Made by a program: the position numbers and the translations under genes. A DNA stretch of 64,000 nucleotides from Bdellovibrionales bacterium (GTDB lineage Bacteria; Bdellovibrionota; Bdellovibrionia; Bdellovibrionales; UBA1609). The notes under the pieces were generated by a model. The model was not told the origin of the DNA. It saw only the letters and a list, made by a program, of their open reading frames with translations, and made no database searches. The stretch's first letter is position 1, and every line of letters starts with the position of its first letter. The DNA is taken from positions 192,001 to 256,000 of the forward strand of contig OZ244719.1 of assembly GCA_965219095.1 (NCBI GenBank). Reading direction: 5' to 3'. This document shows, piece by piece, positions 10,152 through 21,932 of this stretch.

Positions 10152-11548
10152 TGCTTTGGTCTCTAGAAGATTTGATCAGAATAACTCGAGGAAATGTAAT
10201 TTCTTTACAAAATCAAACTTCAAAAAGATTTTCTTCTATTAGTATTGATACAAGAAAAAACTTAAAAGGAAGTGCATTTATAGCTTTAAGAGGAGAGAAG
10301 TTCAATGGGCATGATTTTTTAGATGAAGCTTGTGAGAAAAAAGCTCAATGTGTTTTAATTGATGAGGATAAAAATATCCCTTCTTCTATTGTAGCTATAA
10401 GAGTTAAAGATACATTAAAAGCCTTACAAGATTTAGCATCTTTTTATAGAAGAGAAAAAAAATTTAGAGTCTTAGGTGTAACAGGATCTGTGGGTAAAAC
10501 AACGGTGAAGAACTTTACTTATAGTCTTTTGCACAAAGAAAAAAAAACATTTACTATTGAGAAAAGCTTTAACAATAACATAGGTGTTCCTCTTACAATC
10601 CTAGAAGCTCCTCAAGACTCAAAAACTATTATTGTAGAGATAGGTTCTAATCAAAAAGGTGAAATTGAAAAACTGACAAAAATTGCACAACCCAATCAAG
10701 TTTTAGTTACCTATATAGGAACTTCTCATAGAGAATTTTTTTGCTCTAGAGATGAAATTGCTAAGGAAAAACAACAGATTTATTTAAAATCTCCAAAATC
10801 TTTGCAAATTTATAATCTGGATCAAGAAGAGTTAAGAGAAATGCATTTTCAAGCGAAAAAAAAAGGATGTTCTTGTTTGACCTATTCACAATATTTTTCA
10901 AAAGCTGATGTATTTTTACAAGCAAAATCTTTATCCCTTAACAGCCTTGTATTAGAGGGTCACATTCATGGTCAAAGAGATAAAACTTTAGTACCCCTCT
11001 TTGGCTTGCAAAATGTAAATAATCTTATGGCGGCTTGTTGCTTTGCCTTAGGAGAAAACCTCCCTCCTAAAGTCATATGGAAAAATTTAAGTTTTTGTAA
11101 AAATTTCTGGGGACGAAGTGAGGTTATCTTACTAGAAAATAAGGCAACACTTTTGTTTGATTCCTACAATTCAAGCTTAGAAAGCTCAAAAGCTTTATTG
11201 GATAATATTAAATCACTTCATTGGAAAACCGGAAAAAAATACCTTATTCTAGGTGAGATTGCCGAAATAGGAGAAAAAAGAGGCCTTTATCATGAAATGT
11301 TAGCATGTATGGTCAAAGAGCAAGCTTGGGAAAAGGTATGGTTTGTAGGAAAATCTTACCCATTTTTTAAAAAAACTCTTGGAAAATCATCTATCGATTT
11401 GAAAGTTTTCAAGAGTTATGATAATTATCATGATATTGCAGAAGAGCTTGTTAAAAAGCTTAAAGCAGGGGATTTAGTGGCTCTTAAAGCTTCTCGCTTT
11501 ATGAAATTTGAAAAAATTTCTAACTTGTTAAGACAAAAAATTTTTTAA
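10151..11548 (+). CDS. murF: UDP-MurNAc-tripeptide--D-Ala-D-Ala ligase
   Basis: SIDTR, GEKFNGHDF, GVTGSVGKTT, NNNIGVP, DSYN, LKASR. Confidence 0.88.
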   Translation: MLWSLEDLIRITRGNVISLQNQTSKRFSSISIDTRKNLKGSAFIALRGEKFNGHDFLDEACEKKAQCVLIDEDKNIPSSIVAIRVKDTLKALQDLASFYRREKKFRVLGVTGSVGKTTVKNFTYSLLHKEKKTFTIEKSFNNNIGVPLTILEAPQDSKTIIVEIGSNQKGEIEKLTKIAQPNQVLVTYIGTSHREFFCSRDEIAKEKQQIYLKSPKSLQIYNLDQEELREMHFQAKKKGCSCLTYSQYFSKADVFLQAKSLSLNSLVLEGHIHGQRDKTLVPLFGLQNVNNLMAACCFALGENLPPKVIWKNLSFCKNFWGRSEVILLENKATLLFDSYNSSLESSKALLDNIKSLHWKTGKKYLILGEIAEIGEKRGLYHEMLACMVKEQAWEKVWFVGKSYPFFKKTLGKSSIDLKVFKSYDNYHDIAEELVKKLKAGDLVALKASRFMKFEKISNLLRQKIF

Positions 11549-12826
11549 AAGCCCATTCAAACGTAAGTCGGTTATATGACCGCCCTTGACTTCTACTGAG
11601 GAGGATATTTCTTAGATTTTAAAGGAGAAGTTTTTATTGATCTTGTTGTAAAACGGTGTTGTAAGACGTTTTCCTAAGGCCTTCCTCGTTACAAAAGTAT
11701 TAGAGAAGTTCTTAAAAGAATAATTCTTAGTTTTTTTTCGTAATTTTGATTTTTTTTGTGCTTTATTCTTTAAGAACGAAGCTCACTTGTATACTCAAAA
11801 GGCGTTTTAATAGGTATCTTATCAAGGGAGTTTCCCACAGCCATTAAAATATAGTCCTTAGGATCTAATTCCACCTTCTTACAACTTTCCACAATACTGT
11901 AAAGTACTGATGCTGTTTCAACTCCTCTCTGAGTCCTTGACCCATGAAAGTTCTTTCTTCCCATCACAGAATGCCGAATCGTTCTTTCTGCTTCATTGTT
12001 GGTCATAGGAATTTTCTCATTTTCTAAGAATAAATTTAAGCCATCCCAGTGATTAAAGCTATAATCAATAGCCTTTTTTAAGCCACTCTCAGGACGAGCT
12101 TCTCCATATAAAGTTTATAATACAGATCTTGCAGAGAAAGAACTAAATCCTTTGATTCTGTTTGTCTTAAACTTTTGAGCTCTTCATAAGTTTTTGCCTT
12201 TGATTCAACTTTAAAAATCTCCTCCATAAGCTTTAATACTTTTCCACACTCCTCAGGGTAATTCTGTTCTATGTCAATAAACTTTCTTATCACTGAGACC
12301 AACAAAAAGCAAGATCAATTCCCTTTTCACCCTCAAAGTGTGTTTTATAACTAACGTATCCATCTGTTAAAATAGGCCCCTTATAAGACCCCAAGAGTTC
12401 TTTAACAGAACAAGCTGAACGGCTCTCACTAAAGTAATAAAAACTTCCTCCCTGATGACTTATAACAAACATGTAGCTATCCTTTTGATGTGAATTATTA
12501 ATAGGCCATGGAGTTTCATCAATATGAATCGTTCTGTCTAGTTTAAGAAGCTCCTCTTTGATTTCTTTTCTCACAGGCTCTAAATAACAACTCACAAAAT
12601 AACAAAGATTATAAAGAGTCCTACAATTCACCTTCAAACCATCTGATTCCATCATTCTTCTTACTCTCTCTAAAGGAAGGTGATACAAGTACTTTTGACT
12701 CGCTACTTCTATTGCAAATTTTGGGGAGTACTTAGATCCTGGAACAATTTTCTTAGGAACAGGAGCTGATACTATGATCTCTTTTTCTCCCACTTTGCTT
12801 GCCTTCAGACGGTACTTGTAAAGATG

Positions 12827-14077
12827 TGATCTTCCCCCAAAAAAGTGGACAGTTTTTATGTTCTTAAAGCCCTCCTTTGTTTAAATTCTTTTGGGCTCAT
12901 GTATTTCAAGGAAGAATGCATTCTTACCTTGTTATACCAATCCATGTAAATTGCAATTTTTTTCTCCAACTCTTCCTTTGTTGTACAGTCTTTGTATTCC
13001 AGTTCATCTTTCAACGTATGGAAAAAGCTCTCCACAAACGCATTATCATAACAATTTCCTTTCCTAGACATAGATTGCTTGAGGCCAAAGAATTTCAATT
13101 CTTTTCTAAACCCTTCACAACAATATTGAACCCCTTGATCCGAGTGGATTATCAAGCCCTCTAAGTTCCCAGAAACAGATTGGACTGCGGCTCTCAGAGC
13201 CTGTTTTGAATGAACCCCGTCCAAGCTCTCACAGAGCTTCCAAGACTTAATCTCTCGATTATAGACATCTAAAAATACAACCAAATACAGAAATTTATCT
13301 CTAAAAGGAATATAGGTTAAATCCGAACACCATACCTGGTTTTCTTTTCCTGCTTGGCTCTGTCCTGTCTTAAACAACCGAGGAGACTTAATCATGAGAG
13401 GGTTATTCTTTGTTGTTCTAGGAACATAGGGTTTTTTCTGACGGGCACTGAGATTCTTTAGTTTCATAATTCGAGCTACTTTGTTTTCTCCAGCACTCAC
13501 TCCGCAACGCTTTAATTCCCTATACACCCTGGGGGAACCATAACAGCCTTTATTTTTTTTAAAAATAGATTCTATGTTTTTCTCCAGATTTTTATCCTTT
13601 TCAAGCTTTCCCCTGGTTTTTAAAAAACTATAAAAACCAGAACGAGATCCTCTTAATAATTCGCAAATGCGAAGCACTGGATGCCCTTTCTCTTTTACAT
13701 AAAACATAGCCTTAAATCTCATTTCAGGATTTCCTTTGAAAAAAAAGCCGCTGCCTCTTTCAATATACCTACACTCCGCCTCTCATAGACCAGCTCCTTT
13801 TTTAACCTCTTTATTTCCTCCAATGCTGAAGCCAAGTCATGGGAAGCTTGTCTTTCTACTTCAGGCTTTAGAAAACGCTTCCAAGAGCTTATCACTTGGA
13901 AATTTCTCAGTCCTAGCTTCTCTGAGGCTTCCTTTGCACCTATTTCCTCTGCCAATTCAATGGCTTGCTTTTTAAACTCTTCCGAGTACTGTTTTACTTT
14001 TTCCATTCTTTCTTTTACCTCCATTTTATGGAGACTTTAAGAGAAAATTGACTGTCCGCAGAAACAGGGGAAGTTCA
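12827..14077 (-). mobile_element. IS3 family element, copy 2, inside tnpC
   Basis: Near-identical to 4289-5539; 4-bp TSD GATG. Confidence 0.95.
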
Positions 14078-14602
14078 GATGATACTTCTTTCTAACATAG
14101 CTTCTTACATGAACATCAACCTCTCCTGACACGTCTTGAATCTTTAATTCCTCCCACTCACTGTCCTTAGGATAACCATACTGCTGTGCTATATCAGAAA
14201 GTTCTTCGTCTGTGAGCTTATGATCTACTCTTATCTCTTTTAAGGCCTTCACCTCCCCTTCTTTAGGAGCAGGAACTAAACTCTCAGATTCAAGAAGAAT
14301 TGTCTTTTTAAGCTTCTTTCTACTACGAGAAGATAGTTTTCTTTTTTCACTGGATTTTCCAAATACTATTTTCTTGAACTTACTAAGTAGCTCATCATTA
14401 AAAAGCTTTAATTGATCTTCTTTAGCCTTTTTCTTCTTAAGCTCATTTAATTCTCCTTTTAAAAGTTTAATTTCTTTTTTATAAAGGTGAATGAGTTCAT
14501 TAGAAATCAACTTTACATTTTCCAGATCTTTTTCCTCTCGAACAAACGAAGGAAGATGTTTGTATTCAGGGTTTTCGCTTTTTTTTTAAATAAGGAAAAA
14601 GA

Positions 14603-16134
14603 GTAACTGCTCACTCTCGTAAGTTTTTATTTAAAGCCATAGAGATGGCTTCTAAAGAAGAATACCCTCTATTTCTCATTGTTTTAACATAGCTGGTAAT
14701 ACGACAAAAATATTTCGCCATTTCTTCTGTTCTGAAACACCCTGACACTTTCTTTTTCACTTTAGTCATTCTTAGATCTCTTTCAGCTCTGTTATTAGTA
14801 GGATCTACGTTCTTTCTTTTAGCAAAGCACAGTATTTCTGCTTCATACTTTTTAAATCGCAGCCAAAGGTTTTGAGCTTGTGTATGCTTTATTCGTCCTT
14901 TCTTGCCATTTTTCTTAGGAAATTCTGGAAGCTCTTTTAAGCCTTTTGTAAGAATACTCCTATACCTTCTCTGAAGAGTTTCGTACTCTTTTTGAGTCAG
15001 AACTCTTGACTCTTTTTTATGAACTAACTCCACAGTCTCTTTAAGAAGTTTTTTGAGATTTGTAGCCCATTTGAATCCATTGCTTTCTTCTATAAATTTA
15101 AGCTCTCTCAAAAGGTGAGCCACACACAAAGCATGAGTTATCTTATCATAACAAAAGTAAGGACTCCAACAATCATGCACAAGCACTCCTGTATATCTAT
15201 CCAAGAGACCAATATCTTTTATGGCTTCCCTTCCACCTGAAAGGTGTAGAAACTGCAAGACTAATTCTCCTGAACTATAAGTATGAATCCAGTAGTTTTT
15301 ACCCTTAACCCTCATAGAGGTCTCATCAACATGAATGACCTCTGATTCAAGTATCTTTTCTTTCATCTGCTCTTCCCAACTTTTAAGAAACTCTCCTAAT
15401 TCAGCAATGTATCTCAACATAACTGCAGGAGAAATCATTCGACCTATAAGCCCCATGTAATGTTCCCCAACACGTTGAAAAGACAGCATCTGAACTATAA
15501 TGAAATTGATGATGGAAGCTCTAATGCCTATACCATACTGAAGAGGACCACTCATACCTTTAGGAAATTGACCTTTATTTCTAGCTCCACATGAGGGACA
15601 ATCCTTAACTTCAGAAGTTACAGTATGGGTCTGAATTTCATAAAAAATATCAATCTTTTTACGCTTCTCAAGGCTTTTTACCTCTGCTGTCTTTAAACAC
15701 ATCCCACACTGAGAACACTCTGAGGGAGAGACAGTCTCCTCACTGTTTGTATCTTTACTGTTATCAAGTCTAGAGCCCTTTTTCTGACTCCCACTAGCTT
15801 TCTTATTACGATTCCCTTGACGACTAAAATCTTGCGAAGGAGGAAGACCGCTGTTGCTGGAATTTTTTCGAACCTGTTTTTCTAAAAGCACAACAATCAG
15901 AATGTTCACAACCTTAAAGAGAGATTCAAAAACCACAGAAATCTCAGTAGGCACAGAACCTTTCTTTGCAAACTTATCAAAGTCACTTCTTATATTTTCA
16001 ATCTCATTTCTGATGGAGGTCTTATTTATTGTCATTTGAAAAGAGTATTTAAAAGAAAATCTGTAAGAGCAAGACTTTTATCTTAAAACAGGTCTAAAGT
16101 TAAGGATAACTGAACAATGTAGGTGAGCAGTTAC
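14603..16134 (-). mobile_element. ISBst12-like IS66, copy 2 (transposase 14611..16035)
   Basis: Same IRs as 1999-3530; 8-bp TSD GAAAAAGA. Confidence 0.95.
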
Positions 16135-17025
16135 GAAAAAGACTCATCTGCATACATTAATGTCAACATGTCTGTTTTTGTTTTGCAAGCTTTTTTTTAA
16201 AAAAATAAAAATAATCTAAAAAAATAATCTAAAAAAATTATCTTTTCTTAAGCTCGTACTTTCTTAAAATCGAACCATGAACTAAAAGATTCAATTCACT
16301 CCTTGTTAACTCGGGAGAACTTAAATCACTTAAACTCATAAACCTTTCTTTCTCCATCCTCTTTGTTAGTAAAACAAGACCACTCCCATCATAGAACAGC
16401 CCTTTTTATCTCCTTCTATTAAAACCTAGAAAGAGATAAAGATCTCCTAAGTTGATCTCTCCTTTCATCTCACTTCTTACCAGATAACTTAACCTCTCAA
16501 AACTCCATCGCATGTCTATCTTTTGAGAGCAGACAAAAATACGGTAGCCTTCAGATAAAAAGATCATAAACTCCTCACTAACTCTAAAACCTCTTCCCAA
16601 TCTAGACCCTTTAAGACTAAGACCTTCTCTTTCATCACATGACTTTTCCTTTTTCAAAGAGACAGCCTTAAAAAGGGACTTCTTGTGAGAAACTGTTGAA
16701 ACATAATACTTCTTCCAGTTATTGATCGTGGAGGAGCTGACCTTTGTCTCTTTACAAAATTTAGAAACCTTTTCCTCTTTCAAAAAATCTAGAATCTCTC
16801 TCTTAAGAGCTTCTGGGTAGCGTATAAGCTTCTTGTTAGAATTCTCCTCTCGACAAAGCTGTATCTTCTTTTTTAAATTAATCCCTTCTTCCATAAAATC
16901 CTCCCTCTTAAGAAAAACTTATGAGAGAAATTTAAGCTTGGATAGGGCGGTCATATAACCGACTTACATTCAAACAACCTTCAAGCCTCTTATCTCAATC
17001 CAAAAGGAGAAGAGAAAAATGAATC

Positions 17026-18060
17026 TTACTTTAAAGCTTCTCTAATAAAAGCTGAAGCTGTATCCATAAGCCACACAGCAACAGCAATAACAATAACAAG
17101 ACAGCCTACCTCGTTCCATAAAGCTTGACCTTGATACATATTTAAAAGTGTACCTATACCACCACCTCCTACAAGACCTATCACAGTAGCCATTCTTGTA
17201 TTGATGTCCCAACGATAAATGGTAAAAGCTGTGTAAGGTAAGATCACTTGAGGGACAATGGCAAACCATACAACTTGTAACATATTCGCCCCTGTAGCTT
17301 TAATGGCTTCTATGGGTCCATCGTCAACACTTTCAGCAAGTTCCGAATAATTTTTTGCTAACGAAACAAAGGAATGCAACCAAAGTGCCAACATTCCTGC
17401 AAAAGGACCAATTCCCACCCATATGGAAAAAATAATAGCCCAGATAAGAGGCTCAATGGAACGTGTGATGTTAATAAAAACTCTAATAGCACTGTAGACA
17501 AATAAAGAAATTCCATTATGACTCATGATGTTTTTAGCTGCCAAAAAGCTTAAGATAAAAGCAAGGGGTACTGCTAGAATCGTTGCCATAAAAGCCATAA
17601 AGATGGTTTCAACGATCTTTAAAACAGCTTCTGGAAGAATATTAAAGTTAGGGGTAAAAAGATTTACAAAAATTCTTTTTGCAGCGGCAAAACCATCCGG
17701 ACTAAAAAGTTCAATAACATTAAGCTTTGTAGCATGTACCCCTGCTATAAAAGCCACACTAAAAACTAAGATTCTTTGTAGATTAATAAATCGTGAGAAA
17801 AAAAATTTTTGAGAGATTTCGGATCCAATCTTTTTTGTCTCAAAAAGAGATGACCCCATGGTTTCTATTTTTTTCTTATAGAGAACTGTAAAAACCAAAA
17901 TTCCTAAAAAGAAAGAAGATAGAAAATAAATGAGATTCATTTGAAGGTCTAAAAGCTCTTCTTCTGTTGGCTTTAAAAGCCAAAAACCAAAGGTGAGAGC
18001 TAAAAAACAAAAGCTTGCAGCGTCTAAAGTAACAGCCTTTACATAATCACGTTTTTTCAC
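17026..18060 (-). CDS. phnE: phosphonate-type ABC permease with N-terminal membrane extension
   Basis: TRSIEPLIWA, GPIEAIKATGA, YRWDINTR, GLVGGGGIG. Confidence 0.88.
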   Translation of the reverse strand: MKKRDYVKAVTLDAASFCFLALTFGFWLLKPTEEELLDLQMNLIYFLSSFFLGILVFTVLYKKKIETMGSSLFETKKIGSEISQKFFFSRFINLQRILVFSVAFIAGVHATKLNVIELFSPDGFAAAKRIFVNLFTPNFNILPEAVLKIVETIFMAFMATILAVPLAFILSFLAAKNIMSHNGISLFVYSAIRVFINITRSIEPLIWAIIFSIWVGIGPFAGMLALWLHSFVSLAKNYSELAESVDDGPIEAIKATGANMLQVVWFAIVPQVILPYTAFTIYRWDINTRMATVIGLVGGGGIGTLLNMYQGQALWNEVGCLVIVIAVAVWLMDTASAFIREALK

Positions 18061-18077
18061 CCTTTCCCCTTTTTTTT

Positions 18078-18851
18078 TTAATTAACTGTGACTTCTTTAG
18101 CTTTCTCACCATAAATACGTTGAAACCATTCATCTGTGATGTGATCAGGTAGCCCATCAAAAACTTTATAACCATCTTTTAAGGCAATCACTCGATCAGC
18201 ATATTGACGTACAAGACTTAAAAAATGAAGATTGCATAATACAGTCAATCCTAGTTCCTTATTAATTTTCTTCAAATAATCCATGACAGTATGACAAGTA
18301 GCAGGATCAAGACTTGCCACAGGTTCATCGGCTAGTAAAATCTCTGGATTTTGAGTTAAGGCACGAGCGATAGCCACTCGTTGTTGTTGTCCTCCTGAGA
18401 GTTCGTCTGCTCTTAAAAACGCTTTTTCACAAATACCTACAAGCTCGAGGTATTTTAAAGCTTGGTTTTTATTTTTTTCTGAGAAAACTCCTAAAATACT
18501 TTTCAAACTCCCCACACGTCCTAAAGTTCCTGTAAGAGCATTTTTTAATACTGAATAGCGAGGCACAAGATTAAAGTGTTGGAAGATCATAGCCATTTGA
18601 GTGCGAATTTTACATACTTCATAAGCTTTTACATAAGTAATATCACGACCTTTAAAGAAAATTGCTCCTGTTGTAACAGAATGTAAGTGATTCAAACAGC
18701 GAAGCAGTGTTGACTTTCCTGATCCACTAAGACCAATAATCACAAGAAATTCTCCTTTTTTTACACTAAAACTAATACCTCTAAGAGCTTGAACTCCATT
18801 AGAGTAGGTTTTGGTAAGATTTTCTACTTTAAGTATCTCTTGTTGGTTCAT
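18078..18851 (-). CDS. phnC: phosphonate-type ABC ATPase
   Basis: GLSGSGKST, LSGGQQQRVAIARAL, LADEPVASLDP. Confidence 0.92.
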   Translation of the reverse strand: MNQQEILKVENLTKTYSNGVQALRGISFSVKKGEFLVIIGLSGSGKSTLLRCLNHLHSVTTGAIFFKGRDITYVKAYEVCKIRTQMAMIFQHFNLVPRYSVLKNALTGTLGRVGSLKSILGVFSEKNKNQALKYLELVGICEKAFLRADELSGGQQQRVAIARALTQNPEILLADEPVASLDPATCHTVMDYLKKINKELGLTVLCNLHFLSLVRQYADRVIALKDGYKVFDGLPDHITDEWFQRIYGEKAKEVTVN

Positions 18852-19789
18852 TTCTTTCTTATAAGTTTCTCGGGTAAGAGCTTACCAACTTTTAAAACAC
18901 TTCTTATAGATTCATAGTCTTTATTAGTAGCTTTTCTAAGACCTGTAATAAGACCTATTTTTTTGAATACATCTTTGCCCTTCTTTGTTTTTATGTATTT
19001 TAAAAGAGCATTAACTACAGTATATTCAATTTCAGGATCAATACCTTTTCTTCCCACAAAAGGTTCATTGGGAATCTTTTGTGTGAGATGAATGATATTC
19101 ACTTCCTTTTCTATATTAGGGTATTGAGTAAGAACCAAACGTCTTGCATCTTGGATTTTTCCATTTGCAGGAGGTGAATAAAATGTAGCTCCTGCATCTA
19201 CTTGTTTTTGGTAAAGCATAGTGATGACGTTATCATGTCTTTGTGCAAATACCGTCTCTGAAGGTTTGATGTTATTCTTCTTAAATTCATAGTTTGGCAG
19301 GATAAAGCCTGATGTAGAAGAAGGATCAACAAAAGCAACTTTTTTTCCTGCTAAACCTTTTAAATTTTTTATATTGCTATCAGCTCGTACCACAATTTGA
19401 GAGCGGTATGTGAAGTGACCATGACGTCCTATGATTAAAAGAGCTTTTACCCCATATTTATTGTTTGCTACAATGTAGGGAAAAGTGCCAAAAAAAGCAA
19501 AGTCAGCTCGCTTAGAGCCTAAGGCTTCTATAACAGCCACATAGCTTGTAGGAACTGAAAACTTATACTTATAGGGAGTTAATTTTTCTAAATCTTCAAC
19601 AAGCTTTTTTCCTGAATCTTTCATAAGTCCTACATCAACTGAAGGAATAAAAAAAATTTTAATAGGATTTTTTTCAGAGCCTAAAGGATATTGATACGAA
19701 GCTGTACAAGAAAAGATCCCTAGAGAAAAAAGAACAAGTACATATTTTCTTAAAATGACTTTTTGTCTTTTTCTTATCCTGTCTATCAT
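18848..19789 (-). CDS. phnD: phosphate/phosphite/phosphonate-binding lipoprotein
   Basis: Lipobox IFSC, DPSSTSG, HD motif; in operon with phnC and phnE. Confidence 0.88.
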   Translation of the reverse strand: MIDRIRKRQKVILRKYVLVLFSLGIFSCTASYQYPLGSEKNPIKIFFIPSVDVGLMKDSGKKLVEDLEKLTPYKYKFSVPTSYVAVIEALGSKRADFAFFGTFPYIVANNKYGVKALLIIGRHGHFTYRSQIVVRADSNIKNLKGLAGKKVAFVDPSSTSGFILPNYEFKKNNIKPSETVFAQRHDNVITMLYQKQVDAGATFYSPPANGKIQDARRLVLTQYPNIEKEVNIIHLTQKIPNEPFVGRKGIDPEIEYTVVNALLKYIKTKKGKDVFKKIGLITGLRKATNKDYESIRSVLKVGKLLPEKLIRKK

Positions 19790-20244
19790 AAAAGCTCCTT
19801 ATATTTATTGTGATAGAGAATTTTTCCTATTGTCTAAACAACTACAATAAAAACAAAAGGAATTCAAACTTTTTTGAAAGCATTAGAATTATGATAAGCC
19901 CTTTACCTTTAAGAAATTAAAAATTTACCAATAACCACCTTGAACCCTCCTCGTTAGTTTTCTTGATGAAAGAACTGGTAATAAAACTAAAGTTGACTGT
20001 CCGCATAAACAGGGGAAGTCCACTTTTTTCGACATTCTAAAAATTTAACAGAGTTTGATCAAAAAGGCTGGTCATCCATATGAGAATGTCGAATTAATTT
20101 TTGGAAATGGTATTACTGAGCCACTCTGGGTTCCATTTTTTGACTCAATACAATATTGAAATAGTTTTTCTTGACGTTTCTTATTTTTTTGTACTAAAGC
20201 CTTCAAAAGACAAGAGTGAAAACAACAGTAAAAAATGAGGTAAA

Positions 20245-21885
20245 ATGAAAAAATTTAAAAGATATAATGTAATTCTAGCTACTATACTATCTATTTTAAC
20301 TATCTTAGTCCATGCGGAAAGCATAGCAGAAAATATAATGGTTAAAATATCAGATGAAGACATTCAATATTTTAACGGATTTTTTACAGACTTCAAAAAA
20401 GATCCTAAAAAGATCATGGACAGACTACCTAAAAAAACTGCTTCAAGTCTAAAAAAAGTAACTTTACAATCTATAGAAGATAAAGATTATGTTTCTTATA
20501 AAGATCAGATAAGAAGTAGATTTTGCATGAAAGTTGATAAACAAGAATTTTGTCTTAACAATTTAAAAGGGCGTGTTCCTTTTCGACAAAATGATCTTGC
20601 AAAAAAATTAGTAGATAACCGTAAAAATTTTATTGATAATCTCAAAGAAATAGAAAGGGGTAATTACCTTGAAGCTAAGCTAACTGAAACTCCTTGGTCT
20701 GACGATTATTGGGCCCTTAAAAAAGGAACTTTAGGGTTTAGATATGCCGACGAACAGGTAAGATCCAAGCTTGAAAAAAAGACAAACTACACATGGGAGG
20801 ATATTTATAATTGGCACAATCAATTTCGTTCTGAATCCTATATCCCAGACGACATTTCCTTTCTATCACCTTCTGAAAAATTTGATCTTGCTTTTGGTCT
20901 TCTAGGAAGCCCTCATTCCTTGACAAAAACTATGTGGAAAAACGGAGAGGTTTTTTTCGAAGATTCTGGAAAAGTTGAGCCTTGGATGGGAATTTGTCAT
21001 GGCTGGGCGGCTGCTTCTTTCATGTATCCTAAGCCTTTAAAGGAGGTTGTCATTAAAAATGCAGATGGTATAAATATTATATTTTATCCTTCTGACATTA
21101 AAGCCTTAGGGTCTTTGCTGTGGGCTGAAGCAAAAGTTGATTCCCTCTTTGTGGGAAGTCGTTGCGATGTTAAAGACCCTGAAAAAGATGAAGTTTCAGG
21201 GAGAGTTCTTGATGAAGATTGCTTTGATACAAACCCTGGCACTTGGCACTTGGTGGTGGTCAATCAAATTGGGGTTTCAAAAAGAAGCTTTATTATGGAT
21301 GCCACCTATGATTACGAAGTTTGGAATCAACCTGTAGTTTCTTATGATTACAAATATTTCAATGTAAAAAAAGCATTTAATGAAAAAGACTATAAAATTA
21401 CTGTTACCACAGATTGGAAAAAAGCGAGAGTCCGTTATGATAAGTTTGAAAAGCTTGATCTTTTTAAGGATTTCCGAAAACGACATATGAAAAAAAATAG
21501 TTACATTGTTGGTGTTTATATGAAAGTTAAGTACTCAGTAGAACACTCTCCTAAAATTTCAGGAACAAAGGATCAGTTTCAAGTGGTCAACTACATGTAT
21601 GATTTAGAGGTTGATAGAGACGGAACTATTTTAGGAGGAGAATGGTACTCTAATGCCCATCCTGATTTTCTCTGGGTTCCTAAGAAAGGTTCAAAACCTA
21701 TATTAGGAGACATTTTTTCCATTAATCATAATACTTTCATTTCATCAGAAGGTCAGATTACAGCTTCAAAAGATATTAAGAAAATGGTAGAACGTCTGAA
21801 TCGGTACGGAATGCCTTTTGAAAGTTTTGTAAACTATCTTTTTGAAACCTCAAAACACGTAGATTCTAACTCTTCTCATCCTTAA
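20245..21885 (+). CDS. secreted transglutaminase-elicitor (GP42-like) family protein
   Basis: Signal peptide; PWSDDYW, LSPSEKFD, WMGICHGW, DTNPGTWH, Pep-13-like VWNQPV, GGEW..HPDFLW. Confidence 0.8.
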   Translation: MKKFKRYNVILATILSILTILVHAESIAENIMVKISDEDIQYFNGFFTDFKKDPKKIMDRLPKKTASSLKKVTLQSIEDKDYVSYKDQIRSRFCMKVDKQEFCLNNLKGRVPFRQNDLAKKLVDNRKNFIDNLKEIERGNYLEAKLTETPWSDDYWALKKGTLGFRYADEQVRSKLEKKTNYTWEDIYNWHNQFRSESYIPDDISFLSPSEKFDLAFGLLGSPHSLTKTMWKNGEVFFEDSGKVEPWMGICHGWAAASFMYPKPLKEVVIKNADGINIIFYPSDIKALGSLLWAEAKVDSLFVGSRCDVKDPEKDEVSGRVLDEDCFDTNPGTWHLVVVNQIGVSKRSFIMDATYDYEVWNQPVVSYDYKYFNVKKAFNEKDYKITVTTDWKKARVRYDKFEKLDLFKDFRKRHMKKNSYIVGVYMKVKYSVEHSPKISGTKDQFQVVNYMYDLEVDRDGTILGGEWYSNAHPDFLWVPKKGSKPILGDIFSINHNTFISSEGQITASKDIKKMVERLNRYGMPFESFVNYLFETSKHVDSNSSHP

Positions 21886-21932
21886 ATTTCCATAATCTAG
21901 CTAGGGTTTCATATTTGTATTTTGGTTGTCTT

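Larger units (their letters stand above)
11563..16967 (-). mobile_element. classical IS66 (tnpA/tnpB/tnpC), degenerate, hosting two nested IS
   Basis: 24-bp IR GTAAGTCGGTTATATGACCGCCCT, 8-bp TSD ATTCAAAC; tnpB IDMR motif; tnpC in pieces 14510..11770 with frameshifts. Confidence 0.92.

Noticed and set aside
16406..16894. Apparent novel TnpA-TnpB fusion protein
   Set aside because: Best explained by frameshifts in a decayed IS66; the rest of tnpB continues in another frame
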